A DNA stretch of 64,000 nt from Phycisphaeraceae bacterium (lineage in GTDB: Bacteria > Planctomycetota > Phycisphaerae > Phycisphaerales > Phycisphaeraceae), in NCBI GenBank assembly GCA_963674705.1, contig OY771506.1, forward strand, positions 800,001 to 864,000, read 5' to 3'. The translations under genes were made by a program, and so were the position numbers. A model generated the notes under the pieces. It worked only from the letters and a program-made list of their open reading frames with translations, had not been told where the DNA came from and ran no database searches. Positions within the stretch are counted from its first letter, which is position 1. Each line of letters begins with the position of its first letter. Below, in pieces: positions 21,105 to 34,700 of this stretch.

Positions 21105-21776
21105 CTACCCAATCAACAACATCCCAGCGAAGAGGCATATCCAGACGATGTCGAGGAAGTGCCAGTACATCGTCATGTATTTAACGGGGCTGCAGGACTC
21201 GTGGTCGTAGCCGTGTCGCCAGGCCTTTTTGGTGATAAAGCCGAGAGGAATCATGCCACCGAGCAGGTGAAGTGCGTGTACTAAGATCAGAAAGAACATC
21301 ATGCCGTAGGGAAGCAGGCCGATGGTGGAGTCTTCACGGAGTTGATCCATGTAGGCAATATTCTGCTGCAGCAGCTTCCAGAGACTGGGTGTCTGGATGA
21401 CAAGGAACATCACCGCCAGCGCACAGGTGACGGCGAGGCATTGCCGGAAGATGGTTTGACGTTCGTAACGGATCGCGCGCAGCGCCAGGTGCATGCTGAA
21501 GCTGGACGCGAGGATGATGGTAGTTGATATCCAGAGGCCGACCGGGACCTGTATCGAACCGAGCGGCGGGCCGGCTTGTCGGACAATCTGGCCGGTAATC
21601 GCATCGATACCGGGCTCGAGCGTGACAAGGCGGATGACCAGGTAGCCGACCATCGACGAAGCAAAGAGGATGCCCAGTGCGATCAGGAACAGCCACATCC
21701 CGAGCGTACCGGTGCCGGGCGGCAGGTGCGAATGCCTTTTCTGGAAGATGCCGGTTGGTTGGTTGGCCTGGGTCAT
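21105..21776 (-). CDS. Cytochrome c oxidase subunit III-like protein (second copy)
   Basis: GMWLFL, LVHALHLLGG, MYWHFLDIVW. Confidence 0.88.
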   Translation of the reverse strand: MTQANQPTGIFQKRHSHLPPGTGTLGMWLFLIALGILFASSMVGYLVIRLVTLEPGIDAITGQIVRQAGPPLGSIQVPVGLWISTTIILASSFSMHLALRAIRYERQTIFRQCLAVTCALAVMFLVIQTPSLWKLLQQNIAYMDQLREDSTIGLLPYGMMFFLILVHALHLLGGMIPLGFITKKAWRHGYDHESCSPVKYMTMYWHFLDIVWICLFAGMLLIG

Positions 21777-21875
21777 GGTTTGGTAATAGCTAGTAGCGTA
21801 ACGATACGACTGCCGCGCGGGGGTTACGCGCGGTGCGGTGAATCATAGTCAGGAAACGATCGGCTGGGCGGCGGA

Positions 21876-22235
21876 TTACTGGGCGGGACGAACGGTCAGC
21901 GGGGCCTGGATATTCTGCTGATAGCTGCCGGTATCCATCAGCGAGATGCCGATGAATATCGCCAGGAACAGGAATGCACAGACGAGGATGAGCCCGTTAA
22001 ACGGTGCGTCGTAGCGCAGGTGCATGAAGTAGAGTGCGACCAGTGCGGCCTTGGCGACAGCAACACCCAGCGCGATCCAGATGTTGGCCGAGCCTAAGTC
22101 GACGAACGTCACCGCCACGGTCAGCACGGTCAGGCCGATCAGCAAAGCGAATACACCGATAAGGACAAACGGCGGTGAGATGTGGCCGATCGAGTCGTGG
22201 TGATCGTCGTGGGTTGCTGCCTGGGCATCAGTCAT
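21876..22235 (-). CDS. Cytochrome c oxidase subunit IV family protein
   Basis: LTVLTV, AKAALVALYFMHLRY. Confidence 0.88.
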   Translation of the reverse strand: MTDAQAATHDDHHDSIGHISPPFVLIGVFALLIGLTVLTVAVTFVDLGSANIWIALGVAVAKAALVALYFMHLRYDAPFNGLILVCAFLFLAIFIGISLMDTGSYQQNIQAPLTVRPAQ

Positions 22236-22270
22236 GGTTAATCTCGCATATCGCTAAGCTGCAAGCGGCT

Positions 22271-23290
22271 TTAGTGGATCAGGTACAACAGGGGGAACAG
22301 GAAGATCCAGATCAGGTCGACCAGGTGCCAGTACAGGCCGCCGACGTCGACGGGGGTGAAGTAGTCCTTGCCGAAGACGCCCTTGCGTGCTTTGAGGAAC
22401 AACCAGGCGATCACCGCCATACCGACGAGTACGTGGATGCCGTGCAACCCGGTCATCATGAAGTAGATGTCGAAGAACAGGTGAACCTTCTTCTGCTCTT
22501 CCGGCTTAAGGCTGTCCCATGTGAGTTGAGTATGTTGGGCGTTGCGCGTCTCGGAGATACCGGCATTGTCGATCGCGGAATTAACGACGCCGTGGTCGGC
22601 CGGGCTCGGAGGCGGCTTTATTAGTGAGACATCGGCTGGCGGCGCGAACGCGGCGTGGACGATGGTCGGCTTGGCCTCTTCGGCATGAGCCGCTTCTGAT
22701 GCGGTAGATTCAGCGTCGCCGTGTTCGGCCATCTCGGCGTGTTCAGCATGTGATCCTGTGGCATGCCCGCCGGTGTTTTTGCTGTCGATGTAAGCGATCG
22801 CGTGTTCGAGCGCTTCGGGGTACTTGGCCTGACCCGACGCTTCGAAGTAGAACGCGTTCTTCGTGCCGGGGAACAGGTGATGATCCCACTTGGCGTAGTA
22901 TTCAACACCTTTGATGCACATGAACCCGACGCCGCCCATGAAGGTCAAAAAGAGCATGGTCAACAGCAGCTTCTGCTTGCCGAGTTGTGCGGCGCGGACG
23001 GCCCAGGCCATTGTTAGCGAGCTAGCCAGCAGGACGACGGTGTTGGTCGCGCCCCACATCTTGTCCAGCGCGCCGTAGCCGTAGAGGAAAACATCCTGGT
23101 GGTTACCGCGGTAGATGGCGTAGGCACAGAACAACCCGCCGAACATCAGCACTTCGGTGGCGAGGAAAACCCACATCCCGAGCTTGCCTGATTCGAACTG
23201 CTGCTTGGGCGTCTCGTAATGGTGCGCCAGGTGCGGGGGGTGATCGTGCCCGTCATGCGCGTGATCGTTATGTGTCGCTTCGTTGCTCAT
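22271..23290 (-). CDS. Cytochrome c oxidase subunit III with a large His-rich insertion
   Basis: [40 protein letters not shown]. Confidence 0.92.
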   Translation of the reverse strand: MSNEATHNDHAHDGHDHPPHLAHHYETPKQQFESGKLGMWVFLATEVLMFGGLFCAYAIYRGNHQDVFLYGYGALDKMWGATNTVVLLASSLTMAWAVRAAQLGKQKLLLTMLFLTFMGGVGFMCIKGVEYYAKWDHHLFPGTKNAFYFEASGQAKYPEALEHAIAYIDSKNTGGHATGSHAEHAEMAEHGDAESTASEAAHAEEAKPTIVHAAFAPPADVSLIKPPPSPADHGVVNSAIDNAGISETRNAQHTQLTWDSLKPEEQKKVHLFFDIYFMMTGLHGIHVLVGMAVIAWLFLKARKGVFGKDYFTPVDVGGLYWHLVDLIWIFLFPLLYLIH

Positions 23291-23297
23291 GGGTGGT

Positions 23298-25016
<1,719 letters not shown>

Positions 25017-25071
25017 CGCTCTATCCTCGTTCCGCCCGCCCGGTTTCGCCGGGCATAACTATTAAAATCGC

Positions 25072-26157
25072 TTACTCTTGCGTCTGTGTTTCAGATTCTG
25101 TTCCGCTTTCGGTTGCGGCGCCTTCATCTGCCGGGGTCGACTCACCAGTACCCCCCGCCGGTTCATCCGTCGGCATCTCTTCAAGCACGAAGCCCTCGTA
25201 CTTCGAACTGATCGACTTAAGCAGTTCGATCACGCCGAGGATCTCCTGATCCTTGATCTGACCCTGGAAGGTCGGCATGACGTTCTCGTAGCCGGCGAGG
25301 ATGTGGTTACCGGGATTCAGGATCGAATCGCGGATGTATTCCTCGTCGGCAACCAGCTTTGTACCATCAGCGAACATGCGCTCGTTATTGAACACGTCCT
25401 TCCAGCTCGGGCCCGTCCCGGCTGTGCCGTCGAGTGAGTGACACGCGACGCAGCCCTTTTCCTGGTGGACGGTCTTGCCGACGTCGATCGGCTTTTGCCC
25501 TTCCCACCACTTGCCGCGCTCTTCCAGGTAAGCCAGAAAGTCGTCCATCGGCTCGACCACAACCTTCGTGATCATCGTCGAGTGTTGTTGGCCGCAATAT
25601 TCGGCACAGAACAGTTCATACTCTCCGACTTCCGTCGCCTCGAACCAGGTCTTGTTGAACCGGCCGGGCACAACATCCTTCTTCACGCGGAACGCGGGGA
25701 CGTAGAAGCTGTGGATCACGTCCTTGCTGGTCAGGACCAGGCTGATGGGTGTGTTTACCGGGACGTGCAGTGTGCCGTCGCTCTCGCCACCTTCATAGGT
25801 GAACGCCCAGTTCCACTTCGACGCGGTGACGACAACCTGGTACGCGCTGTTGGGCGCCTGGTTCAGATTGATGAAACCGCGGAAACCCCACGTGAAGATG
25901 ACCATCACGAGAATCAGCGGCGGCAGTGTCCAGCCCAGTTCGATCGCGGTGGAGTGGGTCGGCCCTTCGGGCACATCGTGCGGGCTCTTTCGACGGTACT
26001 TGATCACGAAGTAAACAAGCAGCCCCGCGATAAGTGCGGTGAAGAAAATACTCATCCAAAGCACGAAGTGGTACAGCCCGTCGTGCGCCGGCGCGATCGT
26101 CGACCGCGCGGGAGGCAGGAAGAAGGTCTTATCAGCTTGTGCAAGGATCGCCAGCAT
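25072..26157 (-). CDS. ctaC: Cytochrome c oxidase subunit II with fused cytochrome c (caa3 type)
   Basis: DVIHSF, CAEYCGQQHSTM CuA motif, CVACH heme motif. Confidence 0.95.
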   Translation of the reverse strand: MLAILAQADKTFFLPPARSTIAPAHDGLYHFVLWMSIFFTALIAGLLVYFVIKYRRKSPHDVPEGPTHSTAIELGWTLPPLILVMVIFTWGFRGFINLNQAPNSAYQVVVTASKWNWAFTYEGGESDGTLHVPVNTPISLVLTSKDVIHSFYVPAFRVKKDVVPGRFNKTWFEATEVGEYELFCAEYCGQQHSTMITKVVVEPMDDFLAYLEERGKWWEGQKPIDVGKTVHQEKGCVACHSLDGTAGTGPSWKDVFNNERMFADGTKLVADEEYIRDSILNPGNHILAGYENVMPTFQGQIKDQEILGVIELLKSISSKYEGFVLEEMPTDEPAGGTGESTPADEGAATESGTESETQTQE

Positions 26158-26178
26158 CCGCTTGTTTATCCCTTAGGC

Positions 26179-27072
26179 TCAAGAGCCCTGTGCCGCGACA
26201 TCCGCGGCCGTGTGTGCATGTGTCTTAGCCCGTCGGCGGTATTCCCGCCACAAGAAAAATCCGATCACCCCGCCCAGGATGAGTATCGTCAGCACCCCGC
26301 CGATACGCATGATGCCCATCGCCGTCATTGAATACTTGCCGACGCTTGGATCGTAATGCAGGCAGGTCCAGAGGAACTGGTCCTTCAAGGTGCCGACCTT
26401 ACCCTCCGACGCTTCAACCAGCGACAGGCGGAATGTCTGTTCGTCATAACTGATCCCGGAGAGGTAGCGCGTGATCTTGCCGTCGGGCGAGAGGATCATG
26501 ATGACCGCGGGATGGGCGAACTGCTGCTGCTCACGGACCCACTTGAATCCGAAGCCGACTTCATCGGCAAGCCGTTCTATCATGTGCGACTCACCGGTCA
26601 TGAAGTACCAGCCGGTTTCGCCCTCAACGATGTCAAGATCCTTGACCGCCATCGAACGCTTCTGTCGAGCCAGCGATGGCTGTTCGGCCGGATCGATACT
26701 GACGGTGATGATCTGGTAATCCTCACCGAGTTTCAGGCTCGTTTCGGATGCGACCTTGTTCAATCCCTGGAAAACGAGCCCGCAGAGCATAGGGCAGTTG
26801 TAGTAGCCCAGTTGCAGTACGACGGGGCGCTTGCCGTCGAGGAAGTCACCCAGCTTGACGCGGTTGCCGTCCTGATCGGTGAAGACCAGGTCGGGCGAAA
26901 CCTGATCGCCGAGGTGGTAATCCATCTCGACGCCTTCAAGCTGCTGCGGCTTGGCATCGGCGGGAGCCGGGGACGATTGCGGCGTATAAGCCTGGCCGAG
27001 CGCGACGATCGCTGTACCCAGGATCAGGGTAATGGCCAGCAGTCGTGTTGTCGCGGTTGTTATCAATCGCAT
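26179..27072 (-). CDS. SCO/SenC copper chaperone
   Basis: CPMLC, conserved His in FAHP, C-terminal TM. Confidence 0.9.
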   Translation of the reverse strand: MRLITTATTRLLAITLILGTAIVALGQAYTPQSSPAPADAKPQQLEGVEMDYHLGDQVSPDLVFTDQDGNRVKLGDFLDGKRPVVLQLGYYNCPMLCGLVFQGLNKVASETSLKLGEDYQIITVSIDPAEQPSLARQKRSMAVKDLDIVEGETGWYFMTGESHMIERLADEVGFGFKWVREQQQFAHPAVIMILSPDGKITRYLSGISYDEQTFRLSLVEASEGKVGTLKDQFLWTCLHYDPSVGKYSMTAMGIMRIGGVLTILILGGVIGFFLWREYRRRAKTHAHTAADVAAQGS

Positions 27073-27095
27073 GGTTTAACAGACGTTAATGCGTC

Positions 27096-27380
27096 TTAGT
27101 GTTGGGCATGCTCTTTCACCACTTGCTGCATCGCCCAGTCGATAGCGGTCGTCTCGCTACTTGCGGTCATCACCCGCTTGTTCAACTCAGCCAACTGTTC
27201 TTCTTCCAGTTTCACCAGCGGACGGAACGGCACATTGACAAATTTGCGTTCATTCTCCAGGGCAAATTCGTAACGGAACCACGCCTGCGCCGCGACGACC
27301 AGCGAGAACACGAGGATCGTGCTCACGATGCCCATCAGGGCGAGCAGTTTGACGTTGATGTCGTGTGAGCCGGAGGGCAT
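27096..27380 (-). CDS. Small single-TM protein between actF and sco (ActG position)
   Basis: In-operon ORF with RBS and one TM helix. Confidence 0.7.
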   Translation of the reverse strand: MPSGSHDINVKLLALMGIVSTILVFSLVVAAQAWFRYEFALENERKFVNVPFRPLVKLEEEQLAELNKRVMTASSETTAIDWAMQQVVKEHAQH

Positions 27381-27402
27381 CGTTTACAGTTCCTTCAATT
27401 CA

Positions 27403-28875
27403 TCAATACATATTGACGTGGCCAAGCGAATCGCCAAGCCTCGGGTCGCCCGCAGCGATCAGGCCTTGCTTGGTTGCACGCTGCACAGCAGCGCCGACCG
27501 CGATCCCGCCCAGGCCGATCAGGCACAACAGTTCCACCGTCGGGACCTGTGGATTCGGGGTTGAGTAATTCGGCATGACGACCCACCATTGGTCGATCCA
27601 GTGCATCACCAGCAGCCACACCGCCCAGAACGCCAGCAACGGCCGACTACGCTTCACCCACCGGGACAAGAGCCCCAGGAACGGGATCAGCAGGTGTCCA
27701 AATAGTAGCGCGACGCCAACCCAGGTCCAACCCGAGACAAAGGGATTGCCCTGCTGTGTGGTCATGCCACGCAGTTCGAACCAGTAGGATTCTTCCGGGA
27801 TGTTGCCGTACCAGATCAGCATGAACTGGCTGTACGCGATGTAACCCCAGAAAAAGACGAAGGCGAACAGCAGCTTGCCCAAGTCGTGGTAGTGCTCATC
27901 CGAGACGCTGGGCAGGTAGCCGAACTTCTGCAAAGCCATCAAAGCCAGGATCAGCGTCGCGATCGAGCCCAGGGCACAGCCGGCAAAATAGTACACGCCC
28001 CACATCGTCGAGAACCACGCCGGGTCCATCGACATCAAAAGATCAAATGCTGCGAAGGTCAGCGTGATCGCGAAGATGAATGTGCCCGGCGCAGCGAGGA
28101 CTTCCATCTTGCGGGTCATCTTCGGCGCCTCGCCGCTTTCTAGCGTGACGTGATCCTGCTTCGAGGATGTCTTCAGATACCACAGGCCCAGGCCGGACCA
28201 GACCAACAAATAGATGGTCCAACGCAGTGTGAAGAACCACTTGGTCAGGTAAGGCTGCTTGCCCGGGACCAGTTCATCGGTCAGGGCCTGTTTGTAGTGC
28301 ATGTTTTCGGCGATCTGACCGTGTGCTTCACCATCACCGTGATCCATCTCGGCCGCATGTTCGTCAACGGCTTCGGGGTGATCGGCTGCAGATTCAGCCG
28401 CGGCGCCGTGTTCTTCGTTCGCGACGGTGATGATCCGGGCGTCGTGTGATTCCACGGCCGCAGCGTGTTCAGCCGCTTCGGGGTTGGTGTATTTATCGCT
28501 CGCCCAGGGGTACAGCATGCCGTTGCCCATCAGGACGTACAGCAGTACCGGGATGAAAAGCACAATCATGACCGAAGTGGTCGCGGCCATGACTTCGGCG
28601 ATACGACGCACCGCCACAACCCAACCGGCGCGGAACAGGTGCGTGATAAGCACGATAAACAACCCACCCAGCGCGATGCTCAAGACATACGCGAAGTTCA
28701 GGACGTAGGCGTAACCGAATCGCTCAAGCCCTCCACCCTGCAGCATGCTCAAGCCCAGCGCCAGAAGCAGCGCGATGACGCCTACCACAATCGCTGTCAG
28801 CCCGAACGACCGCGCGCCCGCGCCGAGCCGGCGTTTGTCGTCGTCATGCAGGATGGGCTCGTGATGATGAGCCAA
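27403..28875 (-). CDS. actF: Alternative complex III subunit ActF (quinol-binding-like membrane subunit)
   Basis: AFDLLMSMDPAWFSTMWG, HDLGKLLFAF..FWGY..YSQFMLIWYGNIPEE. Confidence 0.9.
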   Translation of the reverse strand: MAHHHEPILHDDDKRRLGAGARSFGLTAIVVGVIALLLALGLSMLQGGGLERFGYAYVLNFAYVLSIALGGLFIVLITHLFRAGWVVAVRRIAEVMAATTSVMIVLFIPVLLYVLMGNGMLYPWASDKYTNPEAAEHAAAVESHDARIITVANEEHGAAAESAADHPEAVDEHAAEMDHGDGEAHGQIAENMHYKQALTDELVPGKQPYLTKWFFTLRWTIYLLVWSGLGLWYLKTSSKQDHVTLESGEAPKMTRKMEVLAAPGTFIFAITLTFAAFDLLMSMDPAWFSTMWGVYYFAGCALGSIATLILALMALQKFGYLPSVSDEHYHDLGKLLFAFVFFWGYIAYSQFMLIWYGNIPEESYWFELRGMTTQQGNPFVSGWTWVGVALLFGHLLIPFLGLLSRWVKRSRPLLAFWAVWLLVMHWIDQWWVVMPNYSTPNPQVPTVELLCLIGLGGIAVGAAVQRATKQGLIAAGDPRLGDSLGHVNMY

Positions 28876-28900
28876 GACTGTCGCTCCCTATTACAAGTGC

Positions 28901-29608
28901 TTACTGCCCTGTCGGGGCATCTTTGACCTTCTGTAACGACCGGACGTAGGCGACGATCGCCCAGCGGTCTTCCACCGGGATCTGCTTACCGTAAGCGGCC
29001 ATGTTGCGGATACCGTTGGTGATCGTGTTGAAAATATGTCCCGCCGGCCTTGCCGAACGTTCTTCGTCGGTCAGGTTGCTCGGGGGGACCCACACCGCTT
29101 TGATCTTCACCGCGCGCTGGTGGATCGGGCCGTTGCCGGCGCCGCCGTAGCCGTGGCACGGGAAGCAGTAGGTATTGAACTTCGCCTGGCCTCGCTTCAG
29201 CAGGGCTTCATTAACGACGATGTTTTCCGGGAAACCTTCGTAGTAGACCGTAACGGTTTGGCCGGACGCATCTTTCTCGTTGCGGTAGCCGCGGTAGTAA
29301 TGATCATCCTGGGCGAGCGCATCAGCACTCGGAACTTCGGGATTCTTACCCCACGCGACAGTGCCGGGTACGGGCTCGCGCATCGCCCTGCCGTCAGCGA
29401 AGACAGGCGAGTCGTCCTGAGCCTTGAGCTTGGTCTGCTGGTCCATATCCAGGAACATGTGGACGCGCGGCTTGGTCGAATCCGTCACCCGCGCGCGGGC
29501 GATGAACGCCAGCGGAACCAGATGCAGGCTCAGCAGGATCAATATCCCCGCGATCAGCCAGAACGGCGGGGCCGGGAGTTTGAATTCTTCAACGATCCAC
29601 TTGATCAT
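28901..29608 (-). CDS. actE: Alternative complex III monoheme cytochrome c ActE
   Basis: DMDQQTK, FADGRAMR.PVPGTV, CFPCH, DRWAIVAYVRSLQ. Confidence 0.9.
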   Translation of the reverse strand: MIKWIVEEFKLPAPPFWLIAGILILLSLHLVPLAFIARARVTDSTKPRVHMFLDMDQQTKLKAQDDSPVFADGRAMREPVPGTVAWGKNPEVPSADALAQDDHYYRGYRNEKDASGQTVTVYYEGFPENIVVNEALLKRGQAKFNTYCFPCHGYGGAGNGPIHQRAVKIKAVWVPPSNLTDEERSARPAGHIFNTITNGIRNMAAYGKQIPVEDRWAIVAYVRSLQKVKDAPTGQ

Positions 29609-29648
29609 CGTTATCTCTGTTCACCTGTGTGCAGCACACGCCACACGT

Positions 29649-30275
29649 TTAGTCTTCAATCAGTTCAATCGACGTTGCACCTAGTCCTTTAAGGAACTCG
29701 GCCGTCTTATCCTTATCAAACCGGATATCGCGCGCCTGCACTTCGATAAAGAAGCGGTCGGCGGTCGAACGCCTGAAGTTCTTGCTCTTAAGTAGCGGGT
29801 TGTACAGCTTGGGCAGCCGGTTCAACAGCAGCATCCCGAACACGGCCCCGAACGCTGAGAGCAGAATCGTCGTCTCGAACGCGATCGGGATAAACGCGGC
29901 AAGGCTGTTGAAAGGTTTGCCCGAGATCAGGAACTTATAGCCACGGATCGGGGCGGCCGCGCCGGGCAAGCCGGGCAGGTCGATCCCGCTGGTCGCCATC
30001 GTTCCGATCGCCAGGCCTAAGCCGACCATGGTGCCGGTCAATCCACAAGCCAGAACAATCCAGGGCAGGATCGTGGCGCGGATACCCATCGCCGAGTCGA
30101 TGCCGTGGATCGGGAACGGGCTGTGCACATCCCAATGTTTGAAACCTTCATCGCGCGTCTTCTTGGCCGCACGCATGATGTCGTTGACGGTTTCGAACTC
30201 CGCGATGATCCCGTGCAGTTTGGCAGGGGCTTCGGTCGCTACATCTTCGGTGGGTGGGGTGAGAACCTGTGTCAT
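29649..30275 (-). CDS. actD: Alternative complex III subunit ActD (DUF3341)
   Basis: [29 protein letters not shown] overlap with the actC stop. Confidence 0.9.
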   Translation of the reverse strand: MTQVLTPPTEDVATEAPAKLHGIIAEFETVNDIMRAAKKTRDEGFKHWDVHSPFPIHGIDSAMGIRATILPWIVLACGLTGTMVGLGLAIGTMATSGIDLPGLPGAAAPIRGYKFLISGKPFNSLAAFIPIAFETTILLSAFGAVFGMLLLNRLPKLYNPLLKSKNFRRSTADRFFIEVQARDIRFDKDKTAEFLKGLGATSIELIED

Positions 30276-31765
30276 CGCTTCTTCCCCCATTCATAGTGCG
30301 GACGGTCCGGACGGTAGTCCGCCTGATCCTCGTCGGGGTTGTACGGCTCATCGGGATCGTGAACGATGTCGTGGGCCTGCGGCATCACGGTCTTGACTTC
30401 CGCCATCGCGATCACCGGCAGGAACTTGCAGAACAGCAGGAAGAACGTGAAGAACAGGCCGAACGACCCGATCAGCATGCCGTAGTCGACCCACGTCGGC
30501 TTGAACAATGCCCAGCTTGAAGGCAGGAAGTCACGCTGCAAACTCGTCACAACGATGACGTAGCGCTCGAACCACATGCCGACGTTCACGCACATCGCGG
30601 CGAACATGATCGTGGGCGTCCACCGCCTTGCCTTCTTGAACCAGAGCACGTGCGGTCCGACGCAGTTACAGAAGATCATCGTCCAGTACGCCCAAGCATA
30701 CGGGCCCATCAGACGATTCAGGAACGCGGCCTGCTCGTAGTGGTGGCCGGAGTACCAGGCAACGAAGAATTCGATGCTGTAAGCGTAGGTCACAATCATG
30801 CCCGTACCGAGCATGACCTTGCAGCAGTTTTCGATGTGCCGATCGGTGATGATGTCCTTAATGCCGAACATCGCGCGGGCGGGAACGGCGAGGGTAATCA
30901 CCATCGCGAATCCGCCATAGATAGCACCGGCAACGAAGTAAGGCGGGAAGATCGTGGTGTGCCAGCCGGGCAATTGAGAGATAGCGAAGTCGAAGGACAC
31001 CACCGAGTGCACGGAAAGCACAAGCGGGGTCGCCAAAGCTGCCAGCAGCAGGTAGGCCTTTTCATAACGGTGCCAGTGGCGTGAAGAACCGGTCCAGCCG
31101 AGGCTGAACAGACCGTAAGCAAACTGGCCGTACTTGTTCTTGCATCGGTCACGCAGCGTCGCAAGGTCCGGGATCATGCCGACGTACCAGAACAGTGCGG
31201 AAACGGTCGCATAAGTACCAACGGCGAACACGTCCCAAAGCAGCGGCGATCGGAACTGCGGCCACATGCCCATCTGGTTGGGAATCGGTTGCAGCCAATA
31301 GGCAAGCCACGGACGACCGACGTGGATACCGGGGAACAGGCCCGCACACATGACGGCGAAGATCGTCATCGCCTCGGCGAAACGGTTGATCGCGGTACGC
31401 CAGTTCTGACGGAACAGGAACAAGATCGCGGAGATCAGTGTCCCGGCGTGGCCGATGCCGACCCAGAACACGAAGTTGATGATCGGGAAGCCCCAACTGA
31501 CGGGCTGGTTATTACCCCAGACGCCGGGGCCGGTCGTGACCAGGTAGCCGATCAGGCCACCGAGCATGCCCAGCAGGGAAAGAGCAAACAGAAAGGCGAT
31601 CCACCACTTGGCCGGCGGCTTGCCCGCGGCGATGCCGGTGACCTTGTCCGTGATGCTCGTGAAGTCGTTATCCCCGAGCACCAGCGGTGCGCGGCGTGTC
31701 GGGTCGTCGGTCGTGTTATCGAACAACACCTGCGGTTTTTCGGGTTGGGTAGAAATCGTCGCCAT
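30272..31765 (-). CDS. actC: Alternative complex III subunit ActC (NrfD/PsrC family)
   Basis: [37 protein letters not shown]. Confidence 0.95.
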   Translation of the reverse strand: MATISTQPEKPQVLFDNTTDDPTRRAPLVLGDNDFTSITDKVTGIAAGKPPAKWWIAFLFALSLLGMLGGLIGYLVTTGPGVWGNNQPVSWGFPIINFVFWVGIGHAGTLISAILFLFRQNWRTAINRFAEAMTIFAVMCAGLFPGIHVGRPWLAYWLQPIPNQMGMWPQFRSPLLWDVFAVGTYATVSALFWYVGMIPDLATLRDRCKNKYGQFAYGLFSLGWTGSSRHWHRYEKAYLLLAALATPLVLSVHSVVSFDFAISQLPGWHTTIFPPYFVAGAIYGGFAMVITLAVPARAMFGIKDIITDRHIENCCKVMLGTGMIVTYAYSIEFFVAWYSGHHYEQAAFLNRLMGPYAWAYWTMIFCNCVGPHVLWFKKARRWTPTIMFAAMCVNVGMWFERYVIVVTSLQRDFLPSSWALFKPTWVDYGMLIGSFGLFFTFFLLFCKFLPVIAMAEVKTVMPQAHDIVHDPDEPYNPDEDQADYRPDRPHYEWGKKR

Positions 31766-31768
31766 GGC

Positions 31769-34700
31769 TTAGCTGTGTGCCTCCTGTGTATGGGAGGCCT
31801 CTTCACTTTGATGATGCCCGCCGCCGGTGCTTGCAAGCGAAGCATTGGGATTGCGGAGCTTGGCCAGATACTGCGTGCGTGATCTTGTATTCAACCCGTC
31901 GAGCACCTTGTAACCACGCGGGTTCTGCTGGCTCTTGGTGACTTCGCTGTTCGCGTCGTTCAGGTCGCCGAAGCTGATAGCCTGCGTCGGGCAGGACTGC
32001 TGACAGGCGGTGATGATTGCGCCGTCGTCGACGGTCATCTTGTCTCGCTCGCCACGGGCCCATTTGTTCTTGGCGTCGATGGTCTGACGCTTGATGCGCT
32101 GGACACAGAAGGTGCACTTCTCCATCACGCCGCGCATCCGCACGGTGACATCGGGATTGAAAACCATCCGCTTGATCTTGTCGATCATCGCTTCCTGCTG
32201 CATGTCCGGCATCAGCAGCCACGGCTTGGCGGCCATGCCCGGGATGCCTGTCCCGCGCGGATTCTGCGAGTGGAAGTCGAAGTAGTTGAACCGGCGCACC
32301 TTGTACGGACAGTTATTCGAGCAATAACGCGTGCCGATGCAGCGGTTGTAAACCATCACGTTCAGCCCCTCGGCGTCGTGGACCGTCGCAGCGACAGGGC
32401 AGACCTGCTCGCACGGTGCGTTCTCGCACTGCTGACAAAGCATCGGCTGATGCACAACCTCGGGATGTTCCGCATCCGGGTCGGCTTCACGATCGTTCTT
32501 GAAGTAGCGATCGATCCGCAGCCACTGCATCTCACGGCTCATCAGGACCATGTCCTTGCCGACGATCGGGACGTTGTTCTCCGCCTGGCAGGCGACGACG
32601 CATGCGTTGCAGCCGATGCAGGCGTTCATGTCGATCGTCATGCCCCAGGCGTGCGGTTCGTTGAATGCTTCGGGACCGCCGGGACGCTTCTGGCCGGGTT
32701 CGTAAGGTCCATCCCACAACTGCAGCGACACCGAGCCGTGCTCGCCGTGCATCTTCGTCGAATGAACGGGGTCTTTCTTATACGCCTCGAAGCTTGCTTC
32801 CTTAATGATCATGCCGGCCTCACCCTTGTGGCCGACACGCACCTCGGTCAGATCCATACCGATGTTGTCATTAAGCAGGTGGTGGTTCTGCGTCAGCGCC
32901 AGCTTGTAGGTCTTGCCGGTCTTGGCGATCTTCGCATCACGTGCGATGCCCGGCCTCTGGCTGCTGCGGAGTTTGTAAGTATCGAAACCGACGTTGACAC
33001 CGATCGGGCCCGAAGCGGTACGCCCGTACCCAAGCGGCAACGCGATCGAACCGCGTGCCTGGCCCGGCATCAGATAGGCCGCGATTTCCAGCGACTTTTC
33101 TCCGACCGTGATCGTGATGATGTCGCCGTTACCAACACCAAGCTCCTTGGCATCGGCAATGTTGATCAGCGCCGCGTTGTCCCACGTCATCTTCGTCAGC
33201 GGGCCCGGTGTTTCCTGGAGCCAGCCGTTATCCGCATATCGGCCGTCATACATCGACGGGTCGGCGATGAAGGTGACTTCGTAGCCCTGCGTTTCGGCAA
33301 GCGCGGGCGGCACCAACTCGTTCGCCGTCTTGGGCCGAGCAGTCAAAGGTTTGAATGCAGAGTCCGGCACGACGCCTTCATGCAGTGCCTTTCGCCAGTT
33401 GTTTTCAAAGCCCGTGCTCGGCAGGAACTGAGCCATCGTCTGACGCACGAGCGTGTAGCCGTCGGCTTCTTTCTCACCGAGCATCATGGCGAGCAATTCG
33501 ATCGGGCTCTTTGATTCAGCACCCTTACGCGCGATCGGCAGGATCAACGGCTGCTGAATGCTCAACGTGCCGTCCCACGCCCGGCCGTCGCCCCAGCACT
33601 CAAGGTAGTTAGCCTTGGGTAGTTGCCAGTGGCAACGACGCGAAGTTTCATTGCGGTATTCGGTGAGGTGGGTCGCGGATTCGAGCTTGTCGAGTTTAGC
33701 CGCGAAGTCCAAGTCGGCCGGGGCGTCGTAAGCCGGGTTGCCGCCGAGGATCAGCAGGTTCTTAATCCGACCTTCTTCGATGCCGTTGCTCAGTTCAGCG
33801 ATGTCCTGGAAGCAACCGCCGCCGGAGCCGCCGACGATCTTCGGTTCATCGGTGACGTCAACCGTCTTGCCGATGTTGCCCAGCGCATCATTCAATGCCC
33901 AGCACAAGGCGTGCACCTCGGCCGGCTGATTCGGTCCCGCGACGATCAGGCTCGCGCCACGATGCTTATCCAGGTCTTTGACGATCGCCTGAACAAACTC
34001 GCTTGCGCCATTCAGCGTAGAACTGCCCGGCATCAGGCCCAACTGCTGCGACAGCGCCTGCACCAGCCCGCCGATCTTCCCCGAACGGATCGGCAGGCGG
34101 TTGTCCGCTACCGAGCCGGTGATCGACATCGCGCTTTCAGCGACGAACAGCCGGTTCATCGAACCTTCGTCCGCACTCTTCCTGCCCTTCGCCCAATCAC
34201 GAGCGTGACGCACCTGGTTCGGATGACATCCGAGAAGATCACTGTCAAAGCTGACGATGACCTGTGCTTTATCCAAGTGATACTGCGGCCGAACGGGTTT
34301 GCCGAAGGCCTCGATCGCACCGCGTTGTTCGTTATCGCGGTTGATCGGTTCGTATTCGTACCAGCGCACGCCGGGGAACATACTCAGCAGCGCGTCTTTC
34401 ATCCGCTCAAGCGAGGGGCTGGAGCTTGGCTGAGAAAGCACGGCGAAGGAACCGGGATCATCACGCAGGGTCTTGCCCCGTGTCGCGGAATACTCAATGA
34501 ATTCATCCCAAGTCGGCTTGGAACCGTCGCCGTCATCCTTGCCCTTGGTGATCTGACGCAGACGGTAGGGGTCATACATCTGCAGGACGCTGGCCTGCGT
34601 GAAGGCATCGGTCGCGCCCAGCGAGCCGGGGTGCAAGGGATTGCCTTCGATCTTGATGGGCCTGCCATCGAAGCTGGTGACCAGCACGCCGTTGGCGACA

